From assembly GCA_004297545.1 (NCBI GenBank), contig SCTB01000026.1, positions 10,207 through 74,206 on the forward strand: 64,000 bases of DNA. The letters run 5' to 3'. The stretch comes from Alphaproteobacteria bacterium. GTDB taxonomy: Bacteria; Pseudomonadota; Alphaproteobacteria; Micavibrionales; UBA2020. Shown here one piece after another: positions 59,466 to 64,000 of this stretch. The position numbers and the translations under genes were made by a program. The notes under the pieces are model-generated. The model saw only the letters and a program-made list of their open reading frames with translations. It was not told the origin of the DNA and did no database searches. Numbering within the stretch: the stretch's first letter is position 1; the number at the start of each line of letters is the position of its first letter.

Positions 59466-61367
59466 ATGGCTGACGGTTCGGGACTGAAGGGCGCCTTTGC
59501 GGAAGAAAGCAAGCCCGAGGAAAAATCGCTGGCGAAACGCCTGCTGGACGTGATGGACGGGCCCTTCGCCGAGATCCGCAACGTGGCGCGCGAGTTCGTC
59601 TCCCGCCCCGAGATGGCGCCGGTGCCCGCCGACATGCCAAAGGCCGAATACCGCGAAAAAACCCTCGACCGCATCAAAATGCTGATCGAGGAAGGCTTCA
59701 CCCGCATGCCTTACGACCCCAGGCACGGCGGCGGCGGGCAGGGTTCGGCCTACATCAACATCGGCGAAATCCTCGCCCATGCGGACATGAGCCTTGCGGT
59801 CAAGCAGGGCGTTCAGTTCGGCCTGTTCGGCACGAGCATCGAGCGCCTTGGCACCGAAAAGCACCAGCACCTGATCGAGGAAGTCATCACCGGACGCCTG
59901 CTGGGCGGCTTCGGCATGACCGAAATGGCCTGCGGCTCCGACGTGCAGGGCACGCAAACGACTGCTGTTTATGACCACGCGACCCGTTCGTTTGAGATCA
60001 ACACGCCCCACCCCGACGCGCGCAAGACCTATATCGGCAACGCGGCCAAGCACGGCCGCATGATGGTCGTCTTCGCGCAGCTGCAGATGGCGCCGGGCGA
60101 GGAGTCCAAGGGCGTGCACGCCTTCCTGGTCCCCGTCCGCGACGAAAAGACCGGAGAGACGCTGCCTGGCGTCACCATCGGCGACAACGGCCACAAGGTC
60201 GGTCTGAATGGCATCGACAACGGCACGCTGTCTTTCGACAATGTAAAGGTGCCCTATGACGCGATGCTGGATAAATTCGGCCAGATCGACGCAAACGGCG
60301 ATTACCAGAGCGATATCGAGAAAAAATCGGCGCGCTTCTTCAAGATGATCGGCACGCTGGTCACCGGTCGCGTATTCGTTTCCATGGCCGCGCTGTCAGG
60401 CAACAAGAACGCGCTGGCCGCCGCCGTCGAGTTCGCGGAAAACCGCGTCGTCTTCGGCGACACGCTGATGGACAAGCAGGCGACGCAGACGCGCCTGATG
60501 CCCAAGATCGCGGAGGCCTATGCTCTGCATTTCGCGACCCGCGATCTCCTGACCATGTTCGAGAAAAACGACCCCCGCACCGAGACCATGGCGGCCGCGA
60601 TCAAGTCGGTTTCTTCCGACCGCGCGATGGAGTCCGTGGACGAAGCCCGCAAGCTGGCTGGCGGCAAAGGCTTCATGTCCGAGGAGCGCTACGGCGTTCT
60701 CCGCGGCGACATGGACGTCTTCCGCACCTTCGAGGGCGACAACCTGATCCTGCGCATGCTGGTGGCGAAAAACCAGATGACCCGCCTCGGCAAGAAGTTT
60801 TCGGCTTCGAACCCGATCGGCAAGCTGTTCAAGGCCTATGACATGGGCCGCCAGGACCGCTGGGCGCGCTGGGCGAACCGCGACGAGTTCCTGAACGCCG
60901 AAGACCAGATGGGGCTCTTCGAAACGCGGGAGCGGACGATGGCGCATAACCTTGTCCGGAAGGCCAAGAAACTTGCCGATCGTCACGACAAGGTCGAAGT
61001 CGCTAATCTCATCCAGGACGACATGGTGGCCTATGCGGACGCCTATGCGGAGCGCCTGATCCTCGAGAAGTTCGTCAAAACCGTCGAAGAGCAGAAGGAT
61101 CCTGAAGTCAAGGAAGTTCTCAAGGACCTGTGCGACCTTTATGCAGTGCATACCCTGCGCAACAATGCGCTGTGGTATCTTGAGAACGGCAACCTGAATA
61201 CCGAACTGACCCACTCGCTGGTGCGCCTTGAGCACGACCTGAATGCGAAGCTCCGCCCCAAGGCCAAGACGCTGGTGGAAGCTTTCGGTATTCCGGCGCA
61301 GCTGATCCACGGCGCCGCGCCCGAGCCCGATGCGAAGCCCGCGGCGAAACCGGGCCCGGTGTTCTAA
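59466..61367 (+). CDS. Acyl-CoA oxidase-like acyl-CoA dehydrogenase family protein
   Basis: GMTEMACGSDV, KTYIGN, KVGLNGIDNG, TFEGDN, C-terminal ACOX-like domain. Confidence 0.85.
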   Translation: MADGSGLKGAFAEESKPEEKSLAKRLLDVMDGPFAEIRNVAREFVSRPEMAPVPADMPKAEYREKTLDRIKMLIEEGFTRMPYDPRHGGGGQGSAYINIGEILAHADMSLAVKQGVQFGLFGTSIERLGTEKHQHLIEEVITGRLLGGFGMTEMACGSDVQGTQTTAVYDHATRSFEINTPHPDARKTYIGNAAKHGRMMVVFAQLQMAPGEESKGVHAFLVPVRDEKTGETLPGVTIGDNGHKVGLNGIDNGTLSFDNVKVPYDAMLDKFGQIDANGDYQSDIEKKSARFFKMIGTLVTGRVFVSMAALSGNKNALAAAVEFAENRVVFGDTLMDKQATQTRLMPKIAEAYALHFATRDLLTMFEKNDPRTETMAAAIKSVSSDRAMESVDEARKLAGGKGFMSEERYGVLRGDMDVFRTFEGDNLILRMLVAKNQMTRLGKKFSASNPIGKLFKAYDMGRQDRWARWANRDEFLNAEDQMGLFETRERTMAHNLVRKAKKLADRHDKVEVANLIQDDMVAYADAYAERLILEKFVKTVEEQKDPEVKEVLKDLCDLYAVHTLRNNALWYLENGNLNTELTHSLVRLEHDLNAKLRPKAKTLVEAFGIPAQLIHGAAPEPDAKPAAKPGPVF

Positions 61368-61546
61368 ACCAGGAGCGCGCCGTCCGGAAAAGGGTTCCCT
61401 GCGAAAGACCGCGGCCGGCGCGGTTGACAGAAACAGGGGAGCCGGCGCTTTGCTTGATAAATATCAATGTGATTTTTCCCCGGACACGGTCATAATGGGA
61501 CTGCGCCCGCGCCCGCTTGGGGGAGCGGGCCGTTCAGGGAACCCAA

Positions 61547-62677
61547 ATGGCTTCGTATCATAAAGCCATCTCCGGCAGGGATAGCTCCGCCATGAAGCTC
61601 GGGCTTCAGGGGCGGTGGACCGTGACCGGCCTGTCCGATATCAAGACCGAGCTTGACGGCGTCCCCCTTGTGAATTGCACCCGCGTCACCTTCGACGGCA
61701 GCGGCCTCGAGATGCTCGACACCTCCGGCGCCTGGTACCTGAACGACCTCGCGACCCGGCTTCGGGCGAAAAACATCGCCGTCGACATCAGCAACCTGCA
61801 GGACAATCACCGCCGCACCCTCGAACGGGTGGCGCAGCTGCCCCATGAAAAGGAGCCGGAGGAGAAATATGCCGGCCACGTCGCGGCCTTCTTCATCGCC
61901 GCCGGGAAACAGACGATGGACATCTGGCAGGACACCCTGCGGGCGATCGCCTTCCTCGGCCAGTTCCTCGCCAGCCTGCCCGGGCTTGTCCTGCAGCCGA
62001 AAAACCTGCGCCTGCGCAGCATCGTCTTCCACGTCAACGAGGCCGGCCTCAAGGCGGTTCCCATCATCGCCCTGATGGCCTTTTCGATCTCTTTCGTGAC
62101 GGGCTACCAAGGCTCCTATCAGCTGGCCAAGTTCGACGCCACCATATACACGGTCGACCTGATCGTCCTGTCGACCCTGCGCGAGATGAGCGCGCTCATC
62201 ACCGCCATCATGCTGGCCGGCCGCTCCGGCAGCGCCTTCGCGGCACAGCTCGGGACCATGAAGATGAACGAGGAAGTGGATGCCCTGCAGACGATGGGGG
62301 CGTCGCCGTTCCAGGTCCTCGTTCTGCCGCGCCTTATCGCCATCGTAATCGCCTTGCCGCTGCTCACCGTCCTCGCGGACATGATGGGCCTCCTCGGCGG
62401 ATACGTCTATATGGCGTCCTTCCTCGACTATTCCTACCTGCAATACACGTCCCGCATGCAGGAGGCCGCGGACCTCAAGCAGTTTTACGTCGGCCTTTCC
62501 AAGGCTCCCGCTTTCGCGGTGCTGATCGGCATCGTCGGCTGCATGCAGGGATTGCGGCCCAGCCGCTCCGCCGAGGAAGTCGGGCGCAAGACTATCACCG
62601 CCGTCGTGCAGGCGATTTTTCTTGTGATCGTCGCCGACGCCCTGTTTTCCGTCATTTTCACGAAGCTGGGGATCTGA
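61547..62677 (+). CDS. mlaE: MlaE-family ABC permease with N-terminal STAS-like domain
   Basis: LDTSGAW; LAGRSGSAFAAQLGTMKMNEEVDAL; VLPR. Confidence 0.88.
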   Translation: MASYHKAISGRDSSAMKLGLQGRWTVTGLSDIKTELDGVPLVNCTRVTFDGSGLEMLDTSGAWYLNDLATRLRAKNIAVDISNLQDNHRRTLERVAQLPHEKEPEEKYAGHVAAFFIAAGKQTMDIWQDTLRAIAFLGQFLASLPGLVLQPKNLRLRSIVFHVNEAGLKAVPIIALMAFSISFVTGYQGSYQLAKFDATIYTVDLIVLSTLREMSALITAIMLAGRSGSAFAAQLGTMKMNEEVDALQTMGASPFQVLVLPRLIAIVIALPLLTVLADMMGLLGGYVYMASFLDYSYLQYTSRMQEAADLKQFYVGLSKAPAFAVLIGIVGCMQGLRPSRSAEEVGRKTITAVVQAIFLVIVADALFSVIFTKLGI

Positions 62678-63432
62678 TGCAGCCCATCATCCAGGTCAGG
62701 GGACTTGTCAACAGGTTCGGCGCCCATGTGGTCCACGACGGTCTTGACTTCGACGTGTTCCCCGGAGAAATCGTCGGCATCGTAGGCGGCAACGGCACTG
62801 GAAAGTCCGTCCTCCTGCGCACCATCATCGGGCTGCAGCGCCCGGCCGCCGGAACCGTCCTGATCGAGGGGCGCGATATCGCGAAGCTGTCGCCCGCGGA
62901 ATTCCAGGAGGTCGAGAAGCTCTGGGGCGTCCTGTTCCAGAAAGGGGCCCTGTTCTCGAACCTGACGGTCACCGAAAACATCGCCTTTCAGTTCCGGGAG
63001 AGAACGGCGCTTTCCGAAAGCATGATCCACGACCTCGCGCGCATGAAAATCGAGCTGGTCGGCCTGCCTGCCGATGCCGGAAAAAAGTATCCCGCGCAGC
63101 TTTCGGGCGGCATGGTCAAGCGGGCGGCGCTGGCGCGCGCGCTGGCGCTGGATCCCAAGATTCTTTTCCTCGACGAGCCGACCTCAGGCCTCGACCCGAT
63201 TTCGGCCGAAGGGTTCGATCACCTCATCCGCGACATCTCCACGCAGCTGGGCGTCTCGGTCTTCATGATCACGCACGACCTGGACAGCCTTTTTAACATC
63301 TGCGACCGCATCGCCGTGCTGGTGGACCGGAAAATCCGCGTCGGGTCGCTCGAGGACCATATGAAGGACAAGCACCCCTGGCTGCAGGAATATTTCCACG
63401 GCGAGCGGGCAAAATCCGTGGCAAGAGGATAG
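62677..63432 (+). CDS. mlaF: MlaF-family ABC ATPase
   Basis: GGNGTGKS, LSGGMVKR, FLDEPTSGLDP. Confidence 0.9.
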   Translation: MQPIIQVRGLVNRFGAHVVHDGLDFDVFPGEIVGIVGGNGTGKSVLLRTIIGLQRPAAGTVLIEGRDIAKLSPAEFQEVEKLWGVLFQKGALFSNLTVTENIAFQFRERTALSESMIHDLARMKIELVGLPADAGKKYPAQLSGGMVKRAALARALALDPKILFLDEPTSGLDPISAEGFDHLIRDISTQLGVSVFMITHDLDSLFNICDRIAVLVDRKIRVGSLEDHMKDKHPWLQEYFHGERAKSVARG

Positions 63433-63435
63433 AGC

Positions 63436-64000
63436 ATGGAAACAGAAAAGTATTATTTCAGGGTCGGCGTCTTCTTTCTCGCGGTGACGTTCATCTTCGT
63501 CTACTACCTGATGGCGTTCGGCGGCGGACAGGACCGCAAGCACCTGGTCCAGTACGCCATCTACTTCGACAGCTCGGTGGCGGGCCTCGCGCGCGGCGCC
63601 CCCGTCAAGCTGAAAGGGCTTGATGTCGGCGTCGTCAGCGACATTCATTTTATCTCGCGCGAGAGCGACAAAATTATCGTCATCACGAAGATTTCGGACA
63701 CGGCCCCGATACGCGAGGACACCGTGGCCACGGTCGCCTTCCAGGGCATTACCGGCACGACTTACCTGTCGCTGGAGAATGCGAAACCGCAAGGTCCGGC
63801 CGTCTTCCTGGAAGCGAAGGAAGGCGAGGAATACCCGGTGATCCGGTCGGCCAAATCCGACCTGCAGGAAATCATGGCGGTGGCGCCCAAGGTGATCAGC
63901 GAGCTTGAAAAGACGACGGAGCAGATGCAAAAACTGCTCAGCGACAAAAACGTCTCGGGAGTGCAGGATGTCATCACCGAAACCTCGGAGGTCCTGAACG
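63436..64000 (+). CDS. mlaD: MlaD/MCE family protein (3'-truncated by window edge)
   Basis: METEKYYFRVGVF TM; SVAGLARGAPVKLKGLDVG; QGITG. Confidence 0.88.
   Translation, partial: METEKYYFRVGVFFLAVTFIFVYYLMAFGGGQDRKHLVQYAIYFDSSVAGLARGAPVKLKGLDVGVVSDIHFISRESDKIIVITKISDTAPIREDTVATVAFQGITGTTYLSLENAKPQGPAVFLEAKEGEEYPVIRSAKSDLQEIMAVAPKVISELEKTTEQMQKLLSDKNVSGVQDVITETSEVLN

Overview
GC-rich alphaproteobacterial chromosome segment. Gene order and gene content suggest a Micavibrio-like predatory or host-associated lineage (inference). Conserved housekeeping runs (tkt-gap-fba-thiE, epmA, ffh-rpsP-rimM-trmD-rplS-leuCD-leuB, nfeD-SPFH, tRNA-Ser, fadD, mlaEFD) are repeatedly interrupted by orphan genes. 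The window opens inside a low-GC Detocs-type anti-phage operon (histidine-kinase-like gene, stand-alone REC, REC-PNP nucleosidase). The best candidate for an undescribed system is at 9260-12964. It comprises a multidomain protein with an intact protein-glutaminase (Cys-His-Asp) domain, a novel middle domain and a hydrophobic tail. Two small paralogues upstream resemble the glutaminase inhibitory pro-domain encoded in trans, and a stand-alone copy of the middle domain lies downstream. Other notable items: a four-gene IcmD/DotP-like membrane-protein array behind a perfect CtrA box and flanked by two pseudo-AAA paralogues; shared basic/Pro-rich C-terminal tails on many orphans and enzymes (candidate secretion signal); an 87-bp palindromic repeat inserted in frame in epmA; two REP-like families; a 9-repeat cadherin-like adhesin; and a frameshifted DUF2971-like gene near the tRNA. 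All family assignments come from motif recognition by eye, with no database searches.
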